Source of the DNA: Candidatus Eiseniibacteriota bacterium
GTDB lineage: Bacteria; Arandabacterota; Arandabacteria; Arandabacterales; Arandabacteraceae
Length of the DNA: 64,000 nucleotides
Assembly (NCBI GenBank): GCA_043810925.1
Contig: JBDRNT010000089.1
Span: 1-64,000 of the forward strand
Direction: 5' to 3'
In this document: piece by piece, positions 1 through 10,238 of the stretch
Numbering within the stretch: position 1 is the first letter of the stretch
How the letters are laid out: the number at the start of each line of letters is the position of its first letter
Notes under the pieces: generated by a model
Database searches by the model: none
What the model was told of the DNA's origin: nothing
Seen by the model: only the letters and a program-made list of their open reading frames with translations
Program-made: the position numbers and the translations under genes

Positions 1-165
1 ATTTCCTCCTTGATCTGTTACCTCTACCAGTGTATCCTTCCTCACAAGGCGTATCCTTTCTGCCTGCATATAGCAGGGTCTTCTGGTTACAAGAAGGATA
101 CGCCTCTTCCTTATCCCGTCCACAACTTTCGGTTATACCCCTCGGCATAGAGAGGGACACTTCTC

Positions 166-198
166 AAGGCCCTTCAAGTGAAGGGCCTTTGCTTTTCT
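166..198 (+). terminator. Hairpin, possible intrinsic terminator
   Basis: Perfect 10-bp stem aaggcccttc (166-175) / gaagggcctt (180-189) followed by T-rich tgcttttct. Confidence 0.4.
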
Positions 199-200
199 GT

Positions 201-234
201 GTCATTGCGAGAAGCGAAGCGACGAAGCAATCTC
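201..234. repeat. Half copy of GTCATTGCGAG...GCAATC palindromic repeat
   Basis: gtcattgcgagaagcgaagcgacgaagcaatctc matches 13480-13514 with one substitution and one indel. Confidence 0.75.
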
Positions 235-294
235 CTGATTTCTGATGCAATCGCGGCGCGGCTGTGCTATGCTGCGAATCGGGAGGTGCGAGAG

Positions 295-1469
295 ATGAGA
301 CGAGAAATCTTGGTATTCGCAGTCATGATATTGGCTTTGGCCTGCTCATCTGCGGCGGAAACCTGGTACATCACGCCTGATGGAACCGGGGATGCGCCAA
401 GCATCCAGGCTGGGATAGACTCTGCGGCCGCGGGTGATTTGGTGTTGCTCGCAGATGGAGTCTACACGGGAACAGGTAACCGCGATATAGTCTTCTATAC
501 AAAGGCAGTCACAGTGCGATCGGAAAATGGGGACCCCGACCTTTGTATCATAGACTGCCAGGGAAGCGAATTGGACCCGCACCGTGGATTCGGATTCGGC
601 TCCGGTACGAGTTCGGCTTCTGCGCTTGAGGGGTCACAGTTCAGAATGGTCATTGGGAGGATGGTGGTGGGGGCGGTATAGATTGTTATGAAGCCTCGCC
701 GACGATCAGGGAGGTTGTGCTGCGTGACAACTTCGCCCGGTATGGAGGTGGAGGAATGGAGTGTCACACTCAATCATCTCCCGAGCTCACTAACGTGATC
801 TTTCTGCACAACTCTACCAGAGGTGGTGATATCGCGGGGGGTGGGGCTCTATACTGCTGTTACGGTTCCAGGCCGGTTCTTACTGACTGCCTCTTTGAAG
901 GTAGTACCAGCTACCGTTGGGGTGGTGCGATCCATTGCAGAAACGCCTCACCGTACTTCACCGGGTGCACGATAGCGAATAATAGCTCGGATACCTACGC
1001 AGGTGGCGTGTGGTTTCATGAGTGCTCCCCGGCTTTTACGAATGTGACATTCTACGGGAATAGCGCCCCTAACGCTTCAGACATATACGGCACCTCCCAT
1101 GAAGCCGGGTGGGTCGCCACCTTCGACAACGTGATTGTAGCAAGTGGTAAGCTTAGTCGCTCTGTAGGGCTCGGGTATCAGGCTGGGGCAGTATTCACCT
1201 GCTGTAATATATATGGTAACGAAGTAGATGACTGGCCTTCGGAAATACAGGATCAGTACGGAATCCGGGGCAACTTCTCTGCCTGCCCCTCGTTCTGCTT
1301 TGCCGATATGGGTGACTTTCATCTTTGTGATGAATCTCCCTGCCTGCCTGGGAATCACCCGGATGGCTATGATTGCGGCCTGATAGGCGCGTGGGGAGAA
1401 GGTTGCAGCTGTGGACCGACGCGAACGCAGCCTGCCACCTGGGGAGCGATTAAGTCGTTGTACAGGTGA
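295..1469 (+). pseudogene. Secreted right-handed beta-helix protein with TWGAIKSLYR C-terminus, split by a 1-bp frameshift (or sequencing error)
   Basis: RBS GGAGGTG, ATG 295, signal peptide, TWYITPDGTGDAPSIQAGID start. Adding one G to the G run at 630-633 gives LEGVTVQNGHWEDGGGGGIDCYEASPTIREVVLRDNF, joining ORF 178..681 to ORF 717..1469. Paralogue of 1614..2648. Confidence 0.8.
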
Positions 1470-1613
1470 TCCTGGTTTCTGCTGTCTGTAACAGATCCAT
1501 CTCATTCAGCCATTTCACAAGGCGGTTTAAACTCGGAATAGAGAGGGACACCAATTTAGCCCCTCTATCATGCCGCACCAATTTGGTATAGTCGTATCAG
1601 GGAGGTGCGAGAT

Positions 1614-2648
1614 ATGAGACGAGAGGTCCTGCTGTTCACGGTGACCATGCTGATTGCGTGGCACTGTGCTTCAGCCCGTACATGGTATATCAAGCCTGAC
1701 GGCACGGGTGATGTACCGACTATCAGTGCGGGTGAGGACTCCGCCGCATCCGGGGATACGCTTCTTCTCGCCGATGGCGTGTACACAGGGGCCGACAACA
1801 GGAGTACCAGTGTATACGCCAAGGCCATTAGAATCATCTCTGAGAGCGGGAACCCGGAAGCCTGTGTGATAAATTGCCAGTATGCCAGCGTTACCTGTAT
1901 CAACATCGCCAGCTGTTCTATGGGGGGCGGTGCGGGTGGCATAATCGAGGGCATAAAGATAACAAGAGCAAGTACCGCAGTCAATGCTTCCTGCAACGCC
2001 AGCGTGTCGGTTCGTAACTGCATACTCATTGACAATACAGGGATTGCGCTCAAAGCGAGTGGCTCTCCCGGTATGGGAGGATATCCCTATGTCTGGGCGA
2101 CAGACTGTGTTTTTGCAGATAATCCTGCAGGCGCGATCGAGAGCGGATTCAGGTGCGAAACCTATGGTTCGGGATGCACCTTCTGGGACAATGGATGTGT
2201 ACTCCATGTGTCCGATGAAGGCTATGGATCGCTGAGCGGCTGCACCATTGTCCGGAACTCGGCGAGCGCGGGACCTGTCATTTCAGTCGGGTGGTATGCC
2301 CGGGCCAATATTGAGACCTCCGTGATCGCTTTCAACAGTGGTAACGCTGTAGACGGTTGCTGTTACGGTGCGACCGTCAATATCGAATGCTGCGACGTGT
2401 ATGGCAACGGAGGCGACTACGTCGGTTACATCGCCGGAGAGAACGGGGTTAATGGCAACTTCCATGCTGATCCCATGTTCTGCGACCTGATCGGCGATGA
2501 CTACAGGGTACAAGGGATCTCGCCCTGCCTGCCGGGGAATCACCCTGATGGCGTCGACTGCGGCCATATCGGGGCAGAGCCCGAAGGCTGCGGCGAACCG
2601 GCAACCGAACCGACCACCTGGGGTACGATCAAGTCGATGTACAGGTAA
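1614..2648 (+). CDS. Secreted right-handed beta-helix (pectin lyase-like fold) protein with TWGTIKSMYR C-terminus
   Basis: RBS GGAGGTG before ATG 1614; signal peptide; Cys/Asn-rich beta-helix repeats; shares N- and C-terminal blocks with the upstream gene. Confidence 0.85.
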   Translation: MRREVLLFTVTMLIAWHCASARTWYIKPDGTGDVPTISAGEDSAASGDTLLLADGVYTGADNRSTSVYAKAIRIISESGNPEACVINCQYASVTCINIASCSMGGGAGGIIEGIKITRASTAVNASCNASVSVRNCILIDNTGIALKASGSPGMGGYPYVWATDCVFADNPAGAIESGFRCETYGSGCTFWDNGCVLHVSDEGYGSLSGCTIVRNSASAGPVISVGWYARANIETSVIAFNSGNAVDGCCYGATVNIECCDVYGNGGDYVGYIAGENGVNGNFHADPMFCDLIGDDYRVQGISPCLPGNHPDGVDCGHIGAEPEGCGEPATEPTTWGTIKSMYR

Positions 2649-2825
2649 CCTTCCGGCGCAGCCCGGTCTATCTGAATCATTCCGTGAGGCGGTTTAGAAT
2701 CGGTATAGACAGGGTCACCGACTGAAGGTCATCGAGCAAGGGCTATTCCAGTTGAAGAACCAACCATTATGTGATAACATATAGTGCGTCCACGAAACGT
2801 CAGAATCGGCAATATGAGGGGCAAC

Positions 2826-5564
2826 ATGAGATACTCCCTGATTCGACCGGTCATTTGCAGCGTCATGTTCTTGGGGCTCATCGCCTCATGGGCACAGTCA
2901 GGCATCCTGATCTCAGAGATGTGTGATCCCCGGTATAACTACAACACCGACCGGTTCATCGAGATCTTTAACTCAGGCAGTGTCGCAGTCGATCTTACAG
3001 GCTGGTCACTGGTTGCCGTGGGCAACACGGCCGACATATTCACGTGGGACCTCTCGGGCGTGATCAATCCCGGTCAGGCTCTTGTTGCGGGCGATCAGAC
3101 CACAACCATAGTCTTTCAGGTGGATTTTCCTCTTGAGGCCTGGTCTTCCAGCAATGGCGATTGGAACGGGAAGGTCGGTGACGGCGCCAAGTTGCTCGAC
3201 TCAGCCGACGTCATCATCGACTATGCCGTTGTCGATGCCACCAGGTTTGAGAACGGCGACTACGTCCGCAATTACGGTGTCACGGCCCCGAACACGACCT
3301 ACACTCCTTCGGAATGGACCGCGGTACCTGCGAATTACCCGACCGATGGCAGCCCGGGCGTTCATTATGCAGAACCTCCACCGCCGGCCCCTTCCATATC
3401 AAACATCGTCACGGATCCCGCGTTTCCCGCCGCTGGAGTCGATATTGACGTCTACGCCGATGTCACCGATTCTGTCGCGACCATTACCGCAGTGGTGCTT
3501 CGCTGGGGAACAACACCATCGCCGCTTCCGAATGAAATTGGGATGTCGTTGGTATTGGACAGCACGTATGGGACGGACACGCCCATACCCGGGCAGCCCG
3601 AGGGGACCGTGATCTCATTCGAGATCCAGGCAAGCAATGACTCGGCCGGCACAAGCACCTCCGGCCTTCGGAGTTACTCTGTACCGTACGCGCTCACGAT
3701 TCATCAGATCCAGGGTGAAGTGCCCGCATCCCCGTATGATGGGAACACCGTCATCACACACGGAGTCGTAACCGCCCAATATGGTTCCTACTTCACAATG
3801 CAGGATGGAAGTGGTGCGTGGAACGGCATCTGGGTGGAGAGTGAGGCCGCGCCGGCAATCGGCGATTCAGTCAGTGTTCGAGGCATGGTGACGGAAAACG
3901 ACGCGTCCGGCCATGCGGGTAACACGCTCCTGGTGGGTGCGCTTGTTGTGATTGATTCCTCGGGAGTGACTCTGCCCGAGGTTGTAATCGTCTCGACGGC
4001 CGGTGCTGCCTCAGAAGCCTACGAAGGCGTGCTTGTAAGAGTCGAGGGCGCCGTCTGCACGAATCCCCACGCGGGTCTTGGAGAATGGGAGATAGACGAC
4101 GGGAGCGGAACCTGCCTGGTAGATGACATGGGATACGGTTTCGCACCTACACTCGGCACGTCATATGACGTCATGGGCCCCGTCGCGTTAACCTACGGGA
4201 CTTTCAAGATTGAGCCGAGGGATGAGAACGATGTTGTTTGGGTGGCGGATGGTTCGCCACCGGTCATTGACTGCGTTGCCGCTATGAGTGATACGACGGT
4301 TCTCGTTACGTTCTCTGAAGAAGTGGAGCAGACGAGCGCCGAAACGAGCGGCAATTACACGGTCGACAGCCTGGGCGTTGTGGATGCAGAGACAGGTGGG
4401 GGACCACCTGATCAAGTCCTTTTGACGGTGTCGATCATGTCCGAGGGTGAGCATACGCTCACGGTAAACGGTGTCGAAGATCTCTACGGGAACGTCATGG
4501 TTGACGTGAGTGAGGTCTTTAACTTCATGGACACCGGCATTCCCGAGGGTTACTACGACAGCGCTGAGGGTCTCGGTGGCGAAGCTCTGAGGGCTGCGCT
4601 TCATGACATCATCAAGAGCCATACCGCCTACAGCTATGACTATGCCTGGAGCGCTTTCTATACTACCGACGACAAGCCCAATGGGAAGGTGTGGGACATC
4701 TACTCCGACGTTCCGGGCGGGACTCCGCCGTATGAGTACACCTTTGGTGTTGATCAGGGTGGCGTCGGCGGCCAGGAAGGAATGGGCTACACTCGTGAGC
4801 ATTCGTGGCCCAAGAGCTGGTTTGGTGGGGACGTGGCGCCCATGAATTCCGACCTCTTCGCGCTGTACCCCTGTGATGCGCACGTAAACGGTAACCGCGG
4901 TGTTTACCCATACGGGGAGGTCACTTCGCCTGTGTGGGTGTCGCTCAATGCAAGTAAGGTGGGTCCGTGTGCCTACCCGGGGTATTCGGGGACCGTTTTT
5001 GAGCCGATCGACGAGTACAAAGGCGATCTTGCACGGACGTACTTCTACATGGCCACCAGGTACTACACAGAAGATGCCGCATGGCCGGGAAGCCCGATGA
5101 CGGATGGGGCAGACCTACTATCCTGGGCGATTGACATGCTGCTTGAGTGGCATGCTGAGGATCCCGTCAGCCGGAAGGAACTTGAACGAAACGCTACGAT
5201 CTACACAATGCAGGCTAATCGCAATCCCTTCATCGACCGCCCGGAGTTCGCGATCGATCTATATGTTACAGCCGGGGCAGGAGGGGCCGGGACCGGTGCC
5301 TTTGCTTCGGGACTCAACCGGGTCTATCCCAATCCGTTCAATCCCTCGACGACGATTCGATACTCGGTCGCGGAGGCCTGTTTTGTCAGCGTCACGCTGT
5401 ACGATGTTCTTGGCAAGAAGGTTGCTGCGGTCGTGAATTCCCACATGGTTGCCGGGGAGCACGTGTGCACTCTTGAGGTCGGCGATCTCAGTAACGGTGT
5501 CTACTTCTTGAGACTGCAGGCCGGTATTCACTCGGATACACGGAAGCTCGTCGTATTGAAGTGA
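2826..5564 (+). CDS. Extracellular endonuclease I family nuclease (lamin-tail, Ig-like and OB domains, endonuclease I, Por/T9SS-like C-terminal domain)
   Basis: Signal peptide; ILISE..RFIEIFN lamin-tail start; REHSWPKSWF, KGDLARTYFYM and NRNPFIDRPE motifs; YPNPFNP...GVYFLRL...KLVVLK terminus. Start could be 2814. Confidence 0.9.
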   Translation: MRYSLIRPVICSVMFLGLIASWAQSGILISEMCDPRYNYNTDRFIEIFNSGSVAVDLTGWSLVAVGNTADIFTWDLSGVINPGQALVAGDQTTTIVFQVDFPLEAWSSSNGDWNGKVGDGAKLLDSADVIIDYAVVDATRFENGDYVRNYGVTAPNTTYTPSEWTAVPANYPTDGSPGVHYAEPPPPAPSISNIVTDPAFPAAGVDIDVYADVTDSVATITAVVLRWGTTPSPLPNEIGMSLVLDSTYGTDTPIPGQPEGTVISFEIQASNDSAGTSTSGLRSYSVPYALTIHQIQGEVPASPYDGNTVITHGVVTAQYGSYFTMQDGSGAWNGIWVESEAAPAIGDSVSVRGMVTENDASGHAGNTLLVGALVVIDSSGVTLPEVVIVSTAGAASEAYEGVLVRVEGAVCTNPHAGLGEWEIDDGSGTCLVDDMGYGFAPTLGTSYDVMGPVALTYGTFKIEPRDENDVVWVADGSPPVIDCVAAMSDTTVLVTFSEEVEQTSAETSGNYTVDSLGVVDAETGGGPPDQVLLTVSIMSEGEHTLTVNGVEDLYGNVMVDVSEVFNFMDTGIPEGYYDSAEGLGGEALRAALHDIIKSHTAYSYDYAWSAFYTTDDKPNGKVWDIYSDVPGGTPPYEYTFGVDQGGVGGQEGMGYTREHSWPKSWFGGDVAPMNSDLFALYPCDAHVNGNRGVYPYGEVTSPVWVSLNASKVGPCAYPGYSGTVFEPIDEYKGDLARTYFYMATRYYTEDAAWPGSPMTDGADLLSWAIDMLLEWHAEDPVSRKELERNATIYTMQANRNPFIDRPEFAIDLYVTAGAGGAGTGAFASGLNRVYPNPFNPSTTIRYSVAEACFVSVTLYDVLGKKVAAVVNSHMVAGEHVCTLEVGDLSNGVYFLRLQAGIHSDTRKLVVLK

Positions 5565-5600
5565 GCGCCCGGCGTCATTTTCGGTGTGAATGGAGACATC

Positions 5601-7100
5601 TCAGCGCGTACGGGGTTTCGCACGCTCATTGATCGCCTTTATGATGCTCTCGGCCGCCCCCGCACCGGCGCCCGCATTTGCAAGAACGACTATCGCGCGG
5701 TTCTCGTCAGGATAGAGTTCAACCGTTGCGTAGAAGGTCCCGGCGCTGCCGCTGTGGGTATGCACGGTTCGCAGGCCTTCCTTTTCCACGATCATCCAGC
5801 CGCAGGCGTAGCGCAACCGGTCGTCTGGCGTCTCCGGATCCGCGTGTAGCTGCCTGATCGTGGCAGCTCTTAGCGGGCCGTCGTGACCGGCGAGTCCATC
5901 GAGATGCATCTTGGCATACAGAGCAAGATCACCTATCGATGCATGGATGTCACCGGCAGGAGCCAGGAAATCCCCTAATCGGTACTCACCGATACCCTGG
6001 GCGCGAAAGGCCGATTCCTCATAGTAGTGGCCTCTCGGCTGGTCCGGCCGAGCCTCGGTCGCCGGCCAGCCGAAGCCGGTGTTCTTCATCCCTGTCGGCT
6101 CAAACACATGATGACTCACGAGTTCTTCCCAACTGCTCGCGCTCGCATCCTCAGCCATCAGCGCGGCAACCACGTAACCCGCGTTCGAGTAATTCACTGC
6201 TGAACCAGCTTGCGCAATCGGTTCGCTCTGCAAAACGTCCGCGACAAACGCCCTCCGCTGCTCGGTCGGCGTCCCCGGGAGCGAGACGAGGCGGGCATCC
6301 GTACTATCCTCGAACGTCAGGTAACCGGGGAGACCGCTCCTGTGCTGGAGGAGTTGCATGAGCGTCACGTCGCGATATTCCACCCGGATGTCCATGTCAC
6401 CAAGAGCCTGAGCAATAGTCATGTTCCAGTCCAGGAGACCTTCCTCCACGAGCCGGCCGATCATTGTGGCGGTCACAGACTTCCCGACAGAACCTATGTG
6501 GAAACCGTCGTCGATCCCGGCCGAATCGGTCGTCCCAACCTGCCTCACACCAACCACGGCTGCGTCCGTGACCAGACCATCCTCGATGATGGCTGCTGCG
6601 ATGGCCGGGATGCCCGTCTCGGTCCGCACCTGTGTCAAGAGATCTGCAAGGTCTGTCCACTCCTTAACTCCGCCGGTCGCCATCTCCGGTGGAGATGCCG
6701 GCTGGATCATCAGGAGAGCCAGCTTGTGCGGTTCCTCCTTTTCGAGCTGAAAAGCGCAGCCAACCCACATCCCGATCTTCTCCGCATGGGCGGTGATTGT
6801 AATACTGGATTCAGTTTCATGTATTACGGCAACAGGTGTGAGCGGGCCCGTCTGTTCGTAAAGACCCATGGTCCGTTCGGCCCTTTCATCGGGTGAGGTT
6901 TCGGCAAGGGATGCATCAGAGCGATAAAAAGCGTAGTGCCGGCGCAACCTCTCGACATCACCGGAATTGTATGCCTCGAAGTAGTCCATGGCGATCTCAC
7001 CGGCGCGCGTCTCAGGGAAGACGAACTGCTCACCCGCCCGGGCGAGACCACTTACAAGCAGGGTGAGCGCGAGTAAGAATACAGATGTTGTTCGAGACAC
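5601..7100 (-). CDS. Serine hydrolase, beta-lactamase class C / peptidase S12 family, secreted
   Basis: SVGK (SxxK), YSN and HSG motifs, LLQHRSGL; GTG start at 7100 after AAGGAG; signal peptide. Confidence 0.88.
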   Translation of the reverse strand: MSRTTSVFLLALTLLVSGLARAGEQFVFPETRAGEIAMDYFEAYNSGDVERLRRHYAFYRSDASLAETSPDERAERTMGLYEQTGPLTPVAVIHETESSITITAHAEKIGMWVGCAFQLEKEEPHKLALLMIQPASPPEMATGGVKEWTDLADLLTQVRTETGIPAIAAAIIEDGLVTDAAVVGVRQVGTTDSAGIDDGFHIGSVGKSVTATMIGRLVEEGLLDWNMTIAQALGDMDIRVEYRDVTLMQLLQHRSGLPGYLTFEDSTDARLVSLPGTPTEQRRAFVADVLQSEPIAQAGSAVNYSNAGYVVAALMAEDASASSWEELVSHHVFEPTGMKNTGFGWPATEARPDQPRGHYYEESAFRAQGIGEYRLGDFLAPAGDIHASIGDLALYAKMHLDGLAGHDGPLRAATIRQLHADPETPDDRLRYACGWMIVEKEGLRTVHTHSGSAGTFYATVELYPDENRAIVVLANAGAGAGAAESIIKAINERAKPRTR

Positions 7101-7310
7101 GGTCACACTCCTTTCGAAGAACCAATGGATACACCTGCCGATCACTATACAGAGACGACGAAAGCCGGTCAAATGTTACGTTTGCGAGGATGACCTGCCA
7201 CATGTGACGGCAGTACTTATATCTACAGTCTCTCGGTATCCTCCTTGAATAGGGTTGACCAGCCATCAATTGAGAGTACAATCTAAATGCAACGTCCGAG
7301 GAGGTAGAAC

Positions 7311-8453
7311 ATGAAGACTTCGAGTTTGCTGGTAGCCGTGTTTGTTTTGGTCTTTCTTCTTGTTGGCACAAGTGCACATGCCCAGTTCGGCGATCTGCTG
7401 AAGAAGAAGGCGGAGAAGAAGGCGGAAGAGGAAGTGGAGAAGGCTATTGATGAAGCCCTGAGTGAAGACGAGAGCAAGGCTGAGGAAGAGACGAGCAGTG
7501 CAGAAGGCGAAGCGAATGTCGAGAATGAGAAACTGAAGGTGTGGTCGAAGTACGATTTTGTCCCCGGGGACAGAATCATCTTCGAGGATGATCTTGCCGG
7601 CGAGCAGAATGGAGAGTTTCCCTCCAAGTGGGACTTGATAAAGGGAAATGCGGAAAACGCGGTGCTGGGTGAAGAAAACGTAATAAGCTTTGCCCAGAAT
7701 CAGACTGAAATCGCTCCGCTGATGACGGTTGAGGATTATCTTCCGGAGGTATTTACGATAGAGTTTGATGTCTATTTCTACAACAAATACAATGAAGCCT
7801 ACATGCTGAACCTCAAGAACCTTGACAAAATGACTATTCGAGCCAGCAAAGTCAGTATGGGTCAATTCATTGGTGACCCGGGTGAAGGTTCTGCGGAGAC
7901 CGGATGGCATCACATCGCTATATCGTTCAACAAGAGAGCGCTGAAGGCCTATTTCGACCAGACGCGGGTCTTGAACATACCAAGCGTGACGAGCAAACCG
8001 ACAGCCTTTTCAATCTCAGCACTCAGCCATGGGGTACGATCCGGTGATCCGGCTTTGATAAAGTACATCAGGATAGCTGAAGGCGGAGTGGACCTGTATG
8101 ATCGTCTGCAAACAGAGGGGGAAATAGTAACAAGAGGTATCCTGTTTGATTCCGGCAAGGCGACGATCAAGCCGGCATCTATGGGAGTAATCAATGAAAT
8201 CGTCAAACTGATGAAGGATCATCCCGAGATCATGTTCAGCATAGAGGGGCATACTGATAGCGATGGTGAGGAGGCTTTTAACCAGGGACTATCGGAACGG
8301 CGTGCAGCAGCGGTAAAAGTCCGGTTGGTTGACTCGGGTATCGAGGAGTCCAGGCTGAAGACTAAGGGTTGGGGTGAGAGCAAACCGGTTGATGAAAATA
8401 CCACTCCTGAAGGTAAGGCAAACAACCGGAGAGTAGTGTTTGTGAAGATATAG
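7311..8453 (+). CDS. OmpA-family peptidoglycan-binding protein
   Basis: Signal peptide; IEGHTDSDG..FNQGLSERRA..NRRV motifs; RBS GAGGAGG. Confidence 0.92.
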   Translation: MKTSSLLVAVFVLVFLLVGTSAHAQFGDLLKKKAEKKAEEEVEKAIDEALSEDESKAEEETSSAEGEANVENEKLKVWSKYDFVPGDRIIFEDDLAGEQNGEFPSKWDLIKGNAENAVLGEENVISFAQNQTEIAPLMTVEDYLPEVFTIEFDVYFYNKYNEAYMLNLKNLDKMTIRASKVSMGQFIGDPGEGSAETGWHHIAISFNKRALKAYFDQTRVLNIPSVTSKPTAFSISALSHGVRSGDPALIKYIRIAEGGVDLYDRLQTEGEIVTRGILFDSGKATIKPASMGVINEIVKLMKDHPEIMFSIEGHTDSDGEEAFNQGLSERRAAAVKVRLVDSGIEESRLKTKGWGESKPVDENTTPEGKANNRRVVFVKI

Positions 8454-8461
8454 GCTCGTAG

Positions 8462-9298
8462 CTATCCGGGAATACTGTCCAGGAAGCGATCGAGATGACT
8501 GTGGAATTCTTCCGGGTTGTCGGTGTGGACCATATGATCGGAACCCGTGATCTCACAGTAGTAGCTGTTGGGTATCGCCTTCCGGATCTTGTCGGCCTCT
8601 TCCACTGAGAGACACCAGCTTTCCGTGCCTCTCGCGAGCATTACCGGGCACTTGATCTTATCCAGGAGATCGTACCAGTTCCTGTAGTCACGACTTATTG
8701 CACCCATCGCATAACGGGAAAAGAGGTAGTCATAGCCGGCGGGGGTCTCAACGAGACTGTCAAGGAAATAGCGGACGTTTGTCTCCCGCTTGAATCTCTC
8801 GCGTAGATGGTCCACTGCGTCTTGATATGTCGGGTAGGGAGTGGGCCAATCATTCGTCAGGGGATCGACAGGGATTCCATCCTCCGGCTGGGCATTCTTA
8901 TGATCAGGCTCGCCGGCTGGTTCATCCAGGATGGCAAGGGCCCTTACGGTATCGGGATGAAAGGCTGCAAGCGCGGCGGCCATACGGGCGCCCATCGAGT
9001 GACCGATTACGATGGCAGGTGCGCAATTGAGCTTCGTCAGAAACTCGTGCATGTCCTGAGCGAAGTCCGTGGCGGCATACCCACCCCGGGGTCTGTCACT
9101 CAAACCATGTCCTCGCTGATCCGGGGCGATGATGTGGTAGCGGTCGTGGTATTGCCTTATCATCTTCACCCAGGTTTCACCTCGCCCCCATCTCCCGTGA
9201 AGACAGAGCACCGTTTCCGAACCCGCGACCGTGTCTCTATAGAACGTGTTGATGCCATTCACATTCACAAAATCCCGTTTGAGTGTCATATGTCCCAC
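8462..9298 (-). CDS. Alpha/beta hydrolase
   Basis: LHG, DQRGHG, GHSMG nucleophile elbow, C-terminal His (SDHM). Confidence 0.9.
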   Translation of the reverse strand: MGHMTLKRDFVNVNGINTFYRDTVAGSETVLCLHGRWGRGETWVKMIRQYHDRYHIIAPDQRGHGLSDRPRGGYAATDFAQDMHEFLTKLNCAPAIVIGHSMGARMAAALAAFHPDTVRALAILDEPAGEPDHKNAQPEDGIPVDPLTNDWPTPYPTYQDAVDHLRERFKRETNVRYFLDSLVETPAGYDYLFSRYAMGAISRDYRNWYDLLDKIKCPVMLARGTESWCLSVEEADKIRKAIPNSYYCEITGSDHMVHTDNPEEFHSHLDRFLDSIPG

Positions 9299-9412
9299 AG
9301 TATCCTCCGATCGCCCGGCTGCGTTTTCTGGACCAGTCCCGCGTTGACACGACGATGATCCTACCTTTAGACTATAATGCGTGTGGTGACCATGACAAGG
9401 AGGTGTTTGGAA

Positions 9413-10174
9413 ATGAGAACCACGCCTGCCGGTCGACTATTACTCGTAATGGTACTGATGTGGCTCTGGTTTTTGAGTTGCGCGGACGAAAGCGTTGTGG
9501 ATTCGAACAACAGTGTCGCCAACACCAACTTTGCCGCCGAAGCCTCTTTCCACCAGAGGATTGATGTCGCGGCTCAGATCAGGCTGACACTTGATGGCAT
9601 TTCAGGCGGCATCACCGTCACTGCGGTGGCTGGCTCTGATTCCATTGTGATTGATGGTGTAAGACGTGTTCGATCGGAGAGCATTCAAGATGCTGAGACG
9701 CATCTCGAATCGCTTACCGTCAATATCGGTGACTCCGCCACCGAGGTTGCGGTGGAGACAGTCCAGCCTGAGAAGTCGCTCGGGCGTATCTATGAGGTCC
9801 ACTATGACATCGTTGTTCCTGCGGGCCTGGACCTCGACATAAACAACATAAACGGGCAGATCATCCTTGAGGACATGACCGGAAATGTCCACGTGAATCT
9901 GGTGAATGGCCAGGTGGTTACTGAGGCAACGATGCCCTCGGGCGGCATGATAGATGTCAACGTCGTGAACGGGGGAATCGAGCTCAGCATCCCAAAGACG
10001 ACTTCATCTGAATTCTCCGCTGCACTGGTGAATGGTTCAATCAGCATGTCCGGTCTGGTACTTCAGGATTTCGTGAGCACATCCGTCTCACTGACCGGTA
10101 CCCTGGGGCTCGGGGACGGAACGATCGCACTTAATCTCGTTAACGGCACAATCAGCGTTGAAGGATTCGACTGA
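9413..10174 (+). CDS. DUF4097-like beta-strand repeat lipoprotein
   Basis: RBS AGGAGG; lipobox FLSC; repeated VNG/ING beta-strand units. Confidence 0.75.
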   Translation: MRTTPAGRLLLVMVLMWLWFLSCADESVVDSNNSVANTNFAAEASFHQRIDVAAQIRLTLDGISGGITVTAVAGSDSIVIDGVRRVRSESIQDAETHLESLTVNIGDSATEVAVETVQPEKSLGRIYEVHYDIVVPAGLDLDINNINGQIILEDMTGNVHVNLVNGQVVTEATMPSGGMIDVNVVNGGIELSIPKTTSSEFSAALVNGSISMSGLVLQDFVSTSVSLTGTLGLGDGTIALNLVNGTISVEGFD

Positions 10175-10238
10175 TTCGTGTAAGATTGCAGGGTCATAAC
10201 GCAACAACACCTGTTGGAAATACAAAGGCCATCGTCAG

